This document shows, piece by piece, positions 49,890 through 62,325 of a stretch of DNA of 64,000 nt (position 1 is its first letter; every line of letters starts with the position of its first letter). The stretch spans positions 3,658,001 to 3,722,000 of the forward strand of contig JAWMAR010000054.1 in the NCBI GenBank assembly GCA_036785375.1, read 5' to 3'. The notes beneath the pieces were generated by a model, which saw only the letters and a program-made list of their open reading frames with translations, did not search any database and was not told the origin of the DNA. Made by a program: the position numbers and the translations under genes. The DNA is from Leucoraja ocellata. Lineage: Eukaryota.

Positions 49890-50346
49890 ATATAACCATA
49901 TAACAATTACAGCACGGGAACAGGCCATCTTGCCCTTCTAGTCTGTGCCGAACACTTATTCTCCCCTAGTCCCATCCACCTGCACTCAGACCATAACCCT
50001 CCATTCCTTTCCCGTCCATCTACCTATCCAATTTATTTTTAAATGATAAAATCGAACCTGCCTCCATCACTTCCACTGGAAGCTCATTCCACACAGCTAC
50101 CACTCTCTGAGTAAAGAAGTTCCCCCTCATGTTACCCCTAAACCTTTGTCCCTTAATTCTCAAATCATGTCCTCTTGTTTGAATCTTCCCTACTCTCAAT
50201 GGGAAAAGCTTATCCACGTCTATCCCTCTCATAATTTTAAAGACCTCTATCAAGTCCCCCCTTAACCTTCTGCGCTCCAAAGAATAAAGACCTATCTTGT
50301 TCAACCTTTCTCTGTAATTTAGGTGCTGAAACCCAGGCAACATTCT
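49890..50346 (-). mobile_element. CR1 3' fragment, second subfamily
   Basis: ORF 50020..50352 (-); ccatataaccatataac tail. Confidence 0.92.
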
Positions 50347-50529
50347 TGCCACAATGCAAGGAGAAATTTTCCAGCCAGCAGGGAATGTTCACAAGGGAAG
50401 ATTGAATTCTCTGGTGCTGGGTTGGGAGGGAAGGGGTTGATATATCCTGGGATCAGAGAAACCTACACTCTCTGGAGTAGAATCGTGTGTGGAGGAGGCA
50501 TTTTCCTAGTCCAAGGACATTTCTTTTAG

Positions 50530-50830
50530 TGCGGCACAGTGGCTGCCTTACAGCGCCAGAGACCCTGGTTCGATCCTGGCTACGGGCGCTGTCTGTATGG
50601 AGTTTGTGTGTTCTCCCTGTGGTCGTGTGGGTTTTCTCCGGGTGCTCCAGTTTCCTCCCACACTCCAAAGATGTACAGGTTTGTAGATTAATTGGCTTTG
50701 GTAAAAATTGTAAATTGTCCCTAGTGTGTAGGATGGTGCTAGTGTACAGGGATCGCTGGTCGGCGCGGGCTCAGTGGGCCGAAACGCCTGTTTCCACGCT
50801 GCATCTCTAAAACTAAAAACTAAAAACTAA
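50530..50830 (+). mobile_element. HE1-like V-SINE, near full length
   Basis: tRNA-like head with GGTTCGATCC B-box, V-domain gtgggttttctccgggtgctccagtttcctcccaca, CR1-like tail gggccgaa..cctgtttcc and (CTAAAA)n. Confidence 0.88.
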
Positions 50831-51327
50831 GATGGTATGGTTTCAGTGAGATCACAAATGCGTGCTCTGAGCTTTGTGAAATGTTGCAAATGCAGATCCC
50901 CCTCTGAATGATAAAGTCACATCAACCAAAAAGTCAAAAGTTCCCCACCATAAAGGTTGTATATTTTGACCTTTATTATGCCGCAGTGATTTATAAGTTA
51001 CTGGCTGCAGAATTGTGAGACTGCATTTCAGGGAGGTGGTGACCTTCACCTTGAACAAGGGCAATAGACACACTTGCGTGAGGTAGTTCTTGGCGATTTC
51101 AGAGATCACTCGTGTATGTGTGGACTTCCTGGTGTGAGGATATCCTGAGTGATAGGTTGATAATAGACCTTCAAAACCAGGAGTGGATAATGTGTTGGAA
51201 TACCCACTCTTTTCTCAAATAGTTTCTCGTTGCTCATTTCTCAGCTGATGAACGTGAAACTACTCATGTATTTGCATAAATTATCGGTGTTTCATCACTA
51301 GCTTGTGAGATTCTCGGTGTTTCAGCA

Positions 51328-51635
51328 TCTATCCCACCTCGACAACAGAGACACCTGCGTGAGAATGCTGTTCATCGACTTTAGCTCAGCAGTCAACACC
51401 ATTATCCCCTCCAAACTGATCACCAAACTCATCGACCTGGGCATCGACCCCTCCCTCTGCAACTGGATACTGGACTTTCTAACCTCCAGACCCCACCCAG
51501 TCTGTTAGGTTAGACAAGCACACCTCTTCAACCCTCACCCTGAACACCGGCGTTCCACAGGGCTGTGTGCTGAGCCCCTTCCTCTACTCCCTCTTCACCT
51601 ACGACTGCACACCTGTACATGGTACTAACACCATC
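51328..51635 (+). mobile_element. Rex1/Babar RT fragment
   Basis: [35 protein letters not shown] and LNTGVPQGCVLSPFLYSLFT. Confidence 0.88.
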
Positions 51636-52989
51636 ATCCAGGAAAGAGAGTTCACGTCGCGGCCCTGCTTCCACCAATCTTTCCACCACCACGCTCAAGA
51701 AGCTCAAGAAGCGACAAGGCGGACACCATTGTATGCAGATGCCGAGAAGTGTGTTCAGCTCTGAACAACATCTAATCTTGTGAGGTGGATGAATGGGGTG
51801 CATTTAATCTGGCTTTCGTCAGTGATGCCAATGTTCTTGTGTCGTTGAAGCTGCACTCGTGCTGGCAAATGGAAAATAACGCATGCCGTCCCCGACTTAT
51901 ATAGTGGAAGGCTTGGCAAGTTAGTTGAAACCAGTGTCACAGAATACACAGCCTTTGACTGACCATTGTAATTACAATAATTATATAGATGTCTTGTTTC
52001 AGTTTCAGACCAACGGTGACTCCTACAATATTGCTTTCGTGGCTTCATGAAAGTTAATGCTGTTGAATGTCAAGGAAAGTTAGTTACATTATTTCTTGTA
52101 AGAAACAAGTATTGTCTCCAACATGGACTTGATGTGATAGTGTGCACATGTATGTGCCTCAAAAAAGTCAAAAATAAGATTTTTCAATATTTTTAATATT
52201 ACAAAATGATGACTAAATTGAAAAAGTAAAATGTATTAATTTTGCCCACAAGCAGCTTATAGTGCGATGATCTGCCATAGACAACAACAGCAAGGAGCAA
52301 TAGAAACAGAAATATAGGTGCAGGAGTAGGCCATTTGGCCCTTCTAGCCAGCACCGCTATTCAATATGATCATGGATGTTCATCTAAAATCAGTACTGCG
52401 TTCCTGCTTTTCCCCCATATCCCTTGAATCCTTTAGCCCGAAGAGCTACATCTAACCCAATACGTGTACCTGCATCTTTTTGTCTACAAATAAAGCACCG
52501 TGTCAAATATCGACACAACACAAAGCGCAGGAGGAACTCAGAAGGTCAGGCAGCATTTGTGGAGGGAATGGAAAGATGATGTTTGGGTCGGGACCCTTCT
52601 TTAGTCTGAGCTTCTCCAGTATTTTGTGTTTTGCTCAAGATTCCAGTATCTGCAGTTTCTTGCGTCTCCACTGTTTCAAACTTGTTGGGGCATATGTCAC
52701 TTGTCACACGAGTCCAGTACTGAATAATGTCTCTATTTTGAGGCCCCATTTTCTTCATGTTTGCAATTCAATTCAATTCAAGCATTTTCTCACTTAAAAC
52801 AAGATAGGAACATGCCAATATACAAACCAACCAAGTTGGAGCAAGAGTGGCACTTTCAGCCTGTTCTGCCATTCAAAAATATTGCAACCTCAATCTGAAT
52901 TCCTGCTGACCCAGTTAATCTTTCACCCCCATGCTCATCAACATTGTTTCTACCTCTGAATTAAAAATATTCAAGGTTTCTGTTTCTCA

Positions 52990-53493
52990 ACATTCAAGAT
53001 TCAAGATTCAATTTAATTGTCATTTGGACCCCTTGAAGTCCAAACGAAATGCTGTTTCTGCAGCCATACATTACAAACAGATAGACCCAAGACACAACAT
53101 AATTTACATAAACATCCATCACATAGCTGTGATGGAAGGCCAAAAAAACTTATCTCTCCACTGCACTCTCCCCCCCCCCCCCATGTCAGAGTCAAAGTCA
53201 AAGCCCCCGGCTGGCGATGGCGATTGTCCCGCGGCCATTAAAGCCACGCCGGGTGGTGCGAGGTCGCACACCGGGTCTTGATGTTGGAGGCTCCGGCGTG
53301 CGCTCGCAGAGTCCCGCGGCCATTCCAAGCCGCGCGGGGCGGTGATGTCAGGCCCCGCTCCAGGAGCTCTTCGACCCCGCAACTCGGACGGGAGAAGTCG
53401 CCGTTGCGAGAGCCCTGAAAAGAGGTCTCCCTCCAGGGACCCGCGGGCTCCCGGTGCCGCCGTCCACCAGACCCGCAGTTGCAGCCTCCGAAT

Positions 53494-53531
<38 letters not shown>

Positions 53532-53850
53532 CTCCACCACCGCTCCGGACTTGGCCAGCTCCGCGACGGTGAGGTGAGTTGTCGGCACCAGAGCCCCCGG
53601 TCTTCCTGTTGGAGGCCGCTCCTCATTGCAGCCCCAACGACAACGGAGACCCGACAAGAAAAGGTTGGGTCTCCCGTGCAGGGAGAGATTTAAAAGTTAC
53701 CCCCTCCCTCCCACCCCACCCCCACCCCCCCCCACACACACACCCCAACAAAAAATAACAAAAACTACATAGAAACATAGACAAAAAATAATAAAAACGC
53801 GGACGGGCTGCAGAGGCCGCTGCTGACCAGAGTCGCGCCGCCTACCGAGT
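52990..53850 (-). mobile_element. GC-rich non-autonomous retroelement with Rex1-type 3' stem-loop and (ATCTTGA)n tail; contains (CAG)12
   Basis: ttcaagattcaagattc tail, catttggacc..gtccaaacgaaa stem, catccatcaca..tgtgatggaagg; CAG run 53494-53529. Confidence 0.7.
53494..53529. repeat. (CAG)12 microsatellite
   Basis: Direct reading. Confidence 0.95.
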
Positions 53851-54900
53851 TTCTACTTCCCTTTCAGGAAGACATTCCAAAACTCATTATTCTTGGTAGA
53901 GAAAAAAGTTCCCCAAGCTGCCTCAACCCTGACTTAAATGAATGACTCCTTCTTTTTAAACAGTCCCCCCTAATTAGAGATTCTCATCCAAAATGCAAGG
54001 TCCTTTCACATCCTCCATGTCAAGCCACCTTGGGATGTGCTATCAGTCTGACATTCCAACAAAAAAACGGGGCTCCCGATATCATCTTCTTCCATCTCCC
54101 CCTTCTATACCTTCTCCTCACCTCCTACTGTTCCTGCACCTCCTCTTTCTACCTTAGACCATATTGGTGGGTGTGGGCGAGTGGGGCTGAAGAGCATCTT
54201 TCCACACTATATGACTATAACTATAATCACCTTCCCAGATGTTGGCAAATGCTGACTCTATAATAGCCAGGTTAGAGAAGGGTCCTGACCCGAAACGTCA
54301 CCTGTCCATGTTCTCCCGAGATGCTGCCTGACCAACTGAGTTAATCCTGTATTTTGTGTTTTTAATTATAAAGTGGGATATCTACCACCTGCTGAACTGC
54401 AAGTTGCAGAGTACGTGGTCTGGTGTTGGAAGTCAGTTAATACAACTGATTCTGCGAGGCCACAAAGTACCTTCCAACTAACTCTAGACTTGGAAAACTG
54501 CTGTACATTGGGGTGTGCAGAACATGAGAGTGAGATGATGACTTTAATGTTAACATTAATGGCCGTGTAAGGGCTGGTCGTGTGACTTTCCTTGTGCAGA
54601 TGAGACCACTGCAAAGAAGGATTTGTCAGATGGTGCACAAAAATGCTGGAGAAACTTAGCGGGTGCAGCAGCATCTATGGGTGCAGCTGCATTTTCCAGC
54701 ATCTGCAGTTCCTTCTTGAACACTTTGTCAGATGGTGTGTAGGTAGGTTCTATGAAACTCAGTCACATCAATAAGGCATTGCATGTAACATGGTGTGTAG
54801 CATCTGAACATTAATTCAGATGATCTTGTCCGTTATAATTGTGAATATGCTATAAAATTATATCTCTGAGTAAAGTTTTGAGATGAACTTTAATATCTAA

Positions 54901-55230
54901 AAGCCCTGTCCCACGGTAAGAGTTCATTCCAAGAGCTCTCCCGAGTTTTAAAAAAATCAAACTCGTGGTAAGCACGGAGAATGAACGTAGCGGGTACATC
55001 GGAGCTCGGGGATGTCTCTGAGCGGCTCATAACGCTAACGGCAGGTACTCGGGAAGACTCGCTAACGGCAGGTAAGCACGGGAAGACTCGTGAAGATTTT
55101 TCACCATGTTGAAAAATGTCCACGAGAGCCCCGAGTACCGACGAGTGGCCATTACCGTAAATCTCCGAGTTCGATTCAGGGCAAACTCGGGAGAGCTCTT
55201 GGAATGAACTCGTACCGTGGGACAGGGGTT
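54901..55230. mobile_element. PIF/Harbinger-like MITE, family B (complete)
   Basis: TAA|AAGCC-CTGTCCCAC ... GTGGGACAG-GGGTT|TAA. Confidence 0.85.
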
Positions 55231-55375
55231 TAACTCAGATCAACAAACCTTGCACAGTTCTTGAAGGATTTGGAAAAGGTTAGGGATAGTTTTAAGTTAC
55301 AGTAGACAATGCCTTTATTCAAAAGGTTAGTTTTGAATAGACTTAAAGTTTTCAGTCATTTGTTGATGAGTTATT

Positions 55376-55989
55376 TAACCATATAACCATATAACAATTA
55401 CAGCACGGAAACAGGCCATCTCGGCCCTACAAGTCCATGCCGAACAAATTTTTTTCCCCTTAGTCCCACCTGCCTGCACTCATACCATAACCCTCCATTC
55501 CCTTCTCATCCATATGCCTATCCAATTTATTTTTAAATGATACCAATGAACCTGCCTCCACCACTTCCACTGGGAGCTCATTCCACACCGCCACCACTCT
55601 CTGCGTAAAGAAGTTCCCCCTCATATTACCCCTAAACTTCTGTCCCTTAATTCTGAAGTCATGTCCTCTTGTTTGAATCTTCCCTATTCTCAAAGGGAAA
55701 AGCTTGTCCACATCAACTCTGTCTATCCTTCTCATCATTTTAAAGTCCTCTATCAGGTCCCCCCTTAACCTTCTGCGCTCCAGAGAATAAAGACCTAACT
55801 TATTCAACCTATCTCTGTAACTTAGTTGTTGAAACCCAGGCAACATTCTAGTAAATCTCCTCTGTACTCTCTCTATTTTGTTGACATCCTTCCTATAATT
55901 GGGCGACCAAAATTGTACACCATACTCCAGATTTGGTCTCACCAATGCCTTGTACAATTTTAACATTACATCCCAGCTTCTATACTCAG
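55376..55989 (-). mobile_element. CR1 3' fragment, second subfamily
   Basis: ORF 55460..55966 (-), nearly identical to 23959..24465. Confidence 0.93.
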
Positions 55990-56790
55990 TGCCTCGATTT
56001 AGTGCCTCGATAACTCAGAACTTACGCTATTTCTCGTAGGGAAGTTAACTCCCCACACATGTGTCTTCTGCTTTATAGTTTTATGCTGCTCCTCCCTATA
56101 TTTATTGTTTAAATATTGTAAGATGTCACCCTATGTCCTTTCATTCAAGATACATTTATTTGTCACGTACTAATTGGTACAGTTAAATGTGTGAAATAAG
56201 TTCATTCTGACATAGCAGGTGTGAAGGTTTTACAAATAACTGGATGTCTAAATGTAATCTAGAGTAAGATTTCCAGTGGTTACAAACAGGAAATAACCGT
56301 TCTTTAAAGCTATACATCTGTCATTTTGCATATCCTGATAGAATTAATTGCTGACTAATATAATGAAGACATTCCATGTGAGAATCTTGCTACAAAACTT
56401 TTAAGCAGATTTTTATCATTTTTCTTGCCGCAAAAGCAATACAATTAGTTTCCAAATTTAAGGAAAATGGCAGAAATATTTGAATAAATGCTCGAGTCTG
56501 TGAAGGAGCAAAGTGTGCCAAAGTATTTCAAAAGATCACAGTCAGATTACAACGATGATAAGATAAACTTTAGGAAGGGTCATAGAAAAGTTAGCTGAAC
56601 AGGTGAACCTTAAGGAAAAATTAAAAGGAGGCGAGATGGAGGAAGTTATAGAGACAAATTTAGAATGTATGGCGGAGAAAATTGGCAAAGATAACAATTG
56701 CTGTGAAATACAATGAGGGAACATAGAAAAGTACAACGTTGGAACAGGCCCACAATGCCCGCTCCAAACCGGATGCCAAATTAAACCAAA

Positions 56791-57416
56791 TTTGAGTATA
56801 GGAGCAGGGAGGTTCTACTGCAGTTGTACAGGGTCTTGGTGAGACCACACCTGGAGTATTGCGTACAGTTTTGGTCTCCAAATCTGAGGAAGGACATTAT
56901 TGCCATAGAGAGAGTGCAGAGAAGGTTCACCAGACTGATTCCTGGGATGTCAGGACTGTCTTATGAAGAAAGACTGGATAGACTTGGTTTATACTCTCTA
57001 GAATTTAGGAGATTGAGAGGGGATCTTATAGAAACTTACAAAATTCTTAAGCGGTTGGACAGGCTAGATGCAGGAAGATTGTTCCCGATGTTGGGGAAGT
57101 CCAGGACAAGGGGTCACAGCTTAAGGATAAGGGGGAAATCCTTTAAAACCGAGATGAGAAGAACTTTTTTCACACCGAGAGTGGTGAATCTCTGGAACTC
57201 TCTGCCACAGAGGGTAGTTGAGGCCACAGTTCATTGGCTATATTTAAGAGGGAGTTAGATGTGGCCCTTGTGGCTAAGGGGATCAGAGGGTATGGAGAGA
57301 AGGCAGGTACGGGATACTGAGTTGGATGATCAGCCATGGTCATATTGAATGGCGGTGCAGGCTCGAAGGGCCGAATGGCCTACTCCTGCACCTAATTTCT
57401 ATGTTTCTATGTTTCT
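56791..57416 (+). mobile_element. Young CR1 3' fragment inserted into an older opposite-strand CR1 tail
   Basis: ORF 56824..57258; apparent TSD TAAACCAA on both sides. Confidence 0.9.
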
Positions 57417-57701
57417 AAACCAATCTTGTCTGCCTGTACATGATCTATATCCCCCCACTTCCTGTATATCCATGTGCCTATCCAAAAGCCACTTTAATTT
57501 CTCTTAACTTTAGTTTAGTTTAGTTTAGTTTAGAGATACAGCACGGAAACAAGCCCTTCGGCCCATCGAGTCTGCAACGACCAGTGGTCCCCGCACATTA
57601 ATGCTATCCTACACACACTAGGGACAATTTACATTTACACCAAGCCAATTAACCTCCAAACCTGTACGTCTTTGGAGTGTGGGGAGAAACCGAAGATCTC
57701 A

Positions 57702-59505
57702 CCCTTGACCCTTGAAGACCGAAAAAGGTGAATTTATTATGGGGAATAAGGAAATGGCAGATGAGTTGAACAGGTACTTTGGATTTGTCTTCACTAAGGA
57801 TGACACAAACAATCTTCCTGATGTACTAGTGGCCAGAGGATCTGGGGTGACAGAGGAACTGAAGAATATCCACATTAGGCAGGAAAAGGTGTTGGATAGA
57901 CTGATGGGACCGAAGGTTGATACATCCCCAGGGCCTGATGGTCTGCATCCCAGGGGACTTAAGACAGTGGCTCTAGAAATTGTGGATGCATTGGTGATAA
58001 TTTTCCAATGTTCTATAGACTCAGGATCAATTCCTGTGGATTGGAGGGTAGCTAATGTTATCTTTGCCAATTTTCTCCGTCATACATTCTAAATAGGAAA
58101 GGCGGGAGAGAGAAAACAGGGAATTATAGACCAGTTAGCCTGACATCGCTGGTGGGGAAGATGCTGGAGTCAATTATAAAAGATGAGATAGCCGCACATT
58201 TGGCTAGCAGTAACAGGATCGGCCTGAGTCAGCATGGATTTACGAAGGGGAAATCGTGCTTGACTAATCTTCTGGAATTTTTTGAAAATGTTACTAGGAA
58301 AATGGACAAGGGAGAGCCAGTGGATGTAGTGTACCTGGACTTTCAAAAAGCATTTGATAAGGTCCCACATATGAGATTAGTGGGCAAAATTAGGGCACAT
58401 GGTATTAGGGGTAGAGTGCTGACATGGATAGAGAAGTGGTTGGCAGACAGGAAACAAAGAGTAGGGATTAACGGGTCCCTTTCAGAATGGCAGGCAGTGA
58501 CTAGTGGGGTACCGCAAGGCTCGGTGCTGGGACCGCAGCTATTTACGATATACATCAATGATTTGGATGAAGGGATTCAAAGTGACATTAGCAAATTTGC
58601 AGATGACACAAAACTGTGAGGAGGATGCTATGAGAATGCAGGGTGACTTGGACAGGTTGGGGGAGCGGGCAGATGCATGGCAGATGAAGTTTAATGTGGA
58701 TATATGTGAGGCTATCCACTTTGGTACCAAAAACAGGAAGGCAGATTACTATCTAAATGGCGTCAAGTTGGGAAAAGGGGAAGTATAACGGGATCTGGGG
58801 GTCCTTGTACATCAGTCTATGAAAGTAAGCATGCAGGTACAGCAGGCAGTGAAGAAAGCGAATGGCATGTTGGCCTTTATAACAAGAGGAATCGAATATG
58901 GGAGCAAAGAGGTCGTTCTGCAGTTGTACAGATCCCTAGTGAGATCACACCTGGAGTATTGTGTGCAGTTTTGGTCCCCTAATTTGAGGAAGGACATTCT
59001 TCCTATTGAGGGAGTGCAGTGTAGGTTTACAAGGTTAATTCCCGGGATGGCAGGACTGTCATATGCTGAGAGAATGGAGCAGCTGGGCTTGTATACTCGA
59101 ATTTAGAAGGATGAGAGGAGATCTCATTGAAACATATAAGATTGTTAAGGGCTTGGACATGCTAGAGGCAGGAAATATGTTCCCGATGTTGGGGGAGTCC
59201 AGAACCAGGGGCCACAGTTTAAGAATAAGGAGTAAGCCATTTAGAGCAGAGATGAGGAAACACCTTTTCTCAGTGGTGAGTTTGTGGAATTCTCTGCCTC
59301 AGAGGGCGGTGGAGGCAGGTTCTCTGGATGCTTTCAAGAGAGAGCTAGATAGGGCTCTTAAAAATAGCAGAGTCAGGAAATATGGGGAGAAGGCAGGAAC
59401 GGGGTACTGATTGGAGATGATCAGCCGTGATCACATTGAATGGCGGTGCTGGCTTGAAGGGCCAAATGGCCTACTCCTGCATCTATTGTCTATTGTCTAA
59501 TGTCT
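57702..59505 (+). mobile_element. 1.8-kb CR1 (RT domain to 3' end, disabled) inserted in an HE1-like SINE (about 57508-57700 and 59506-59640)
   Basis: [60 protein letters not shown]; ATCTC duplicated at the SINE break. Confidence 0.93.
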
Positions 59506-60100
59506 ATCTCGGAGAAAGACCACGTGGTCACGGGGAGAACGTACAAACTCTATACAGATAGCACCCGTAGATCAAACCCAGGCCTCCAACACTGCAATAG
59601 GTGTAAGGCAGCAACTCTACTGCTGCGCCACCATGCCGCACAGTAATATTTAGTTTAGTCTAGTTTATTGTCATGTGCACTGAGGTACAGTGAAGTTGCT
59701 TGTTGCACGCTATCCAGTGTGTGGAAAAACAATACATCATTACAATCGAGCTGTGCACAGTGTACAAATACAGGATAAAGGGAATAACATTTAATGCAAG
59801 ATAAAGTCCGGTGAAGTCCAACTAAAGATAGTCTGTGATTCTCCGATGAGGTAGATGGTAGGTCAGGGCAGCTCTCCAGTTGGTGATTGGAAGGTTCAAT
59901 TAGCTGATAACAGCTGGGAAGAAACTGTCCCTGAATCTAGAAGTGCGCATTCTCACACTTCTGTTCCCTTTCCCTGATAGGAGAAGAGGGAATGTCTGGA
60001 GTGAGACTCGTCCTTAATTATGCCGGTGGCTTTGCCAAGGCAGCATGAAATTTAGATAGGGCCAATGGAATAGATGTTAGGATGTTAGATGTCAGATGGA

Positions 60101-60392
60101 ATAGGATAAGGGGGAAATCCTTTAAAACCGAGATGAGGAGAACTTTTTTCACACAGAGAGTGGTGAATCTCTGGAACTCTCTGCCACAGAGGGTAGTTGA
60201 GGCCAGTTCATTGGCTATATTTAAGAGGGAGTTAGATGTGGCCCTTGTGGCCAAGGGGATCAGAGGGTATGGAGAGAAGACAGGTACAGGATGCTGAGTT
60301 GGATGATCAGCCATGATCATATTGAATGGCGGTGCAGGCTCGAAGGGCCGAATGGCCTACTCCTGCACCTAATTTCTATGTTTCTATGTTTC
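60101..60392 (+). mobile_element. CR1 3' fragment (young)
   Basis: Near-identical to the 3' end of 36728-37231. Confidence 0.92.
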
Positions 60393-61064
60393 TGTGTTGG
60401 ATTGTGTGATGGTCTGGTCTGCGACCACTAATTAAGAACTTATTAAGTGGAGCACTAATTGCACGCTGATATAAACATTGATAGATGAACAGATTAAGAC
60501 ATTGCTCCAGTGAAGTAAACTGTGTGTATCCAGGAGCAACCAACCAGCCTACTGTATGCAAAGTAAATGGGGCCGGGATTACAGCTCATTTCATGCTCTT
60601 TCTCCACTTAATTATGTGGAATAATAGAGGATCAACTCACAAATATTTGTTGTGTTTTTCCAGATAGTAGCGCTGAGTGAACTAAGGAGCCGAGTGCTGA
60701 TAATTACTGAAAGACTGCAAATTACTGAGAGGACAGTAATATTCAATGTACAGTCTGCTTTGATGCAAGATTTGACCATGGAGATCAAATAAACATATTA
60801 AAGATGGAGATAAACTCATGAGAAGGGATGGGCCATGAATACAGGTTGTGAAATGTTGTGCAACAACCTGTTCTAATTGTTGTGAAATCAAAAACCGTTT
60901 GAGTGCTAACTCATGGGGCCACCACCACAATTTGTACTCTATCATTGGTGATCGAGGGCGGGGACATTATATTGAGCAGAATTCTCACAATTTAAAAACA
61001 TTCAGTAATACTTAAAGGGAATTGCGATGACAAGAAAACATTTCACCAGGATGGATCACAGCTT

Positions 61065-61805
61065 ACATAGAAACATAGAAACATAGAAAATAGGTGCAGG
61101 AGTAGGCCATTCGGCCCTTCAAGCCTGCACCGCCATTCAATATGATCATGGCTGATCATCCAACTTAGTATCCTGTACCTGCCTCGTCTCCATACCCCCT
61201 GATCCCTTTAGCCACAAGGGCCACATCTAACTCCCTCTTAAATATAGCCAATGAACTGGCCTCAACCACCCTCTGTGGCAGAGAATTCCACAGATACACC
61301 ACTCTCTGTGTGAAAAAAAATGTTCTCATCTCGGTCCTAAAAGACTTCCCCCTTATCCCCAAACTATGACCCCTTGTTCTGGACTTCCCCAACATTGCGA
61401 ACAGTCTTCCTGAATCTAGCCTGTCCAACCCCTTAAGAATTTTGTACGTTTCTATAAGATCCCCCCCTTAATCTTCTAAATTCCAGCGAGTACAAGTCTA
61501 GTCTATCCAGTCTTCCTTCATCTGAAAGTCCCGCCATCCCAGGAATCAGTCTGGTGAACCTTCTCTGTACTCCCTCTATGGCAAGAATGTCTTTCCTCAG
61601 ATTAGGAGACCAAAACTGTACGCAATACTCCAGGTGTGGTCTCACCAAGGCCCTGTACAACTGCAGTAGTACCTCCCTGCTCCTATACTCAAATCCTTTT
61701 GCTATGAATGCTAACATACCATTCGCTTTCTTCACTGCCTGCTGCACCTGCATGCCTACTTTCAATGACTGGTGTACCAGGACACCCAGGTCTCGGTACA
61801 TCTCT
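61065..61805 (-). mobile_element. CR1 3' fragment
   Basis: ORFs 61433..61801 and 61165..61428 (-). Confidence 0.92.
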
Positions 61806-61819
61806 TCATTTCCTAATCA

Positions 61820-62325
61820 GCTTGCGTTGGGAACAGCTCCATCCAAGACTGCAAGAAATTGCAGCCAATTGTGGACAGAGCCCAGCTCAGACCATCACAC
61901 AATCCATCCTTCCTTCTATTGACTCCATTTATACCTCACGCTGCCTTGGCAAGGCCAGCAGCATAATCAAGGACGAGTTGCACCCTGGCCACTCCCTCTT
62001 CTCCCCTCTTTGATCAGGCAAAAGGTATAGAACTGAAAAACGCACACCTCCAGATTCAGTGGCTGTTTCTTCCCAGCTGTTATCAGGCAATTGAATCATC
62101 CTACCACAACCAAAGAGCAGTGCTGAACTACTATCTACCTCATTGGTGACCCTTGGACTATCCTTGATCGGTCTTTGCTGGCTTCACCTTGCACTAAACA
62201 TTATTCCCTTATCATGTATCTATACACTGTAAATGGCTCAATTGCAATCATGTTTTGTCTTCCTGCTGACTGGATAGCAGGCAACAAAAGCTTTTCACTG
62301 TACCTCGGTACACGTGACACTAAAC
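61820..62325 (+). mobile_element. Rex1-type LINE 3' fragment
   Basis: LPSIDSIYTSRCLGKASSIIKD..HPGHSLFSPL; 3' tttcactgtacctcggtacacgtgac. Confidence 0.8.

Noticed and set aside
50530-50600. tRNA gene (B-box GGTTCGATCC)
   Set aside because: Head of an HE1-like SINE; no cloverleaf
53348-53693. Poly-Ala/poly-Ser ORFs and CpG-island-like composition suggesting a gene promoter or first exon
   Set aside because: Lies within a repeated GC-rich retroelement with a LINE-type tail; the runs come from (CAG)12
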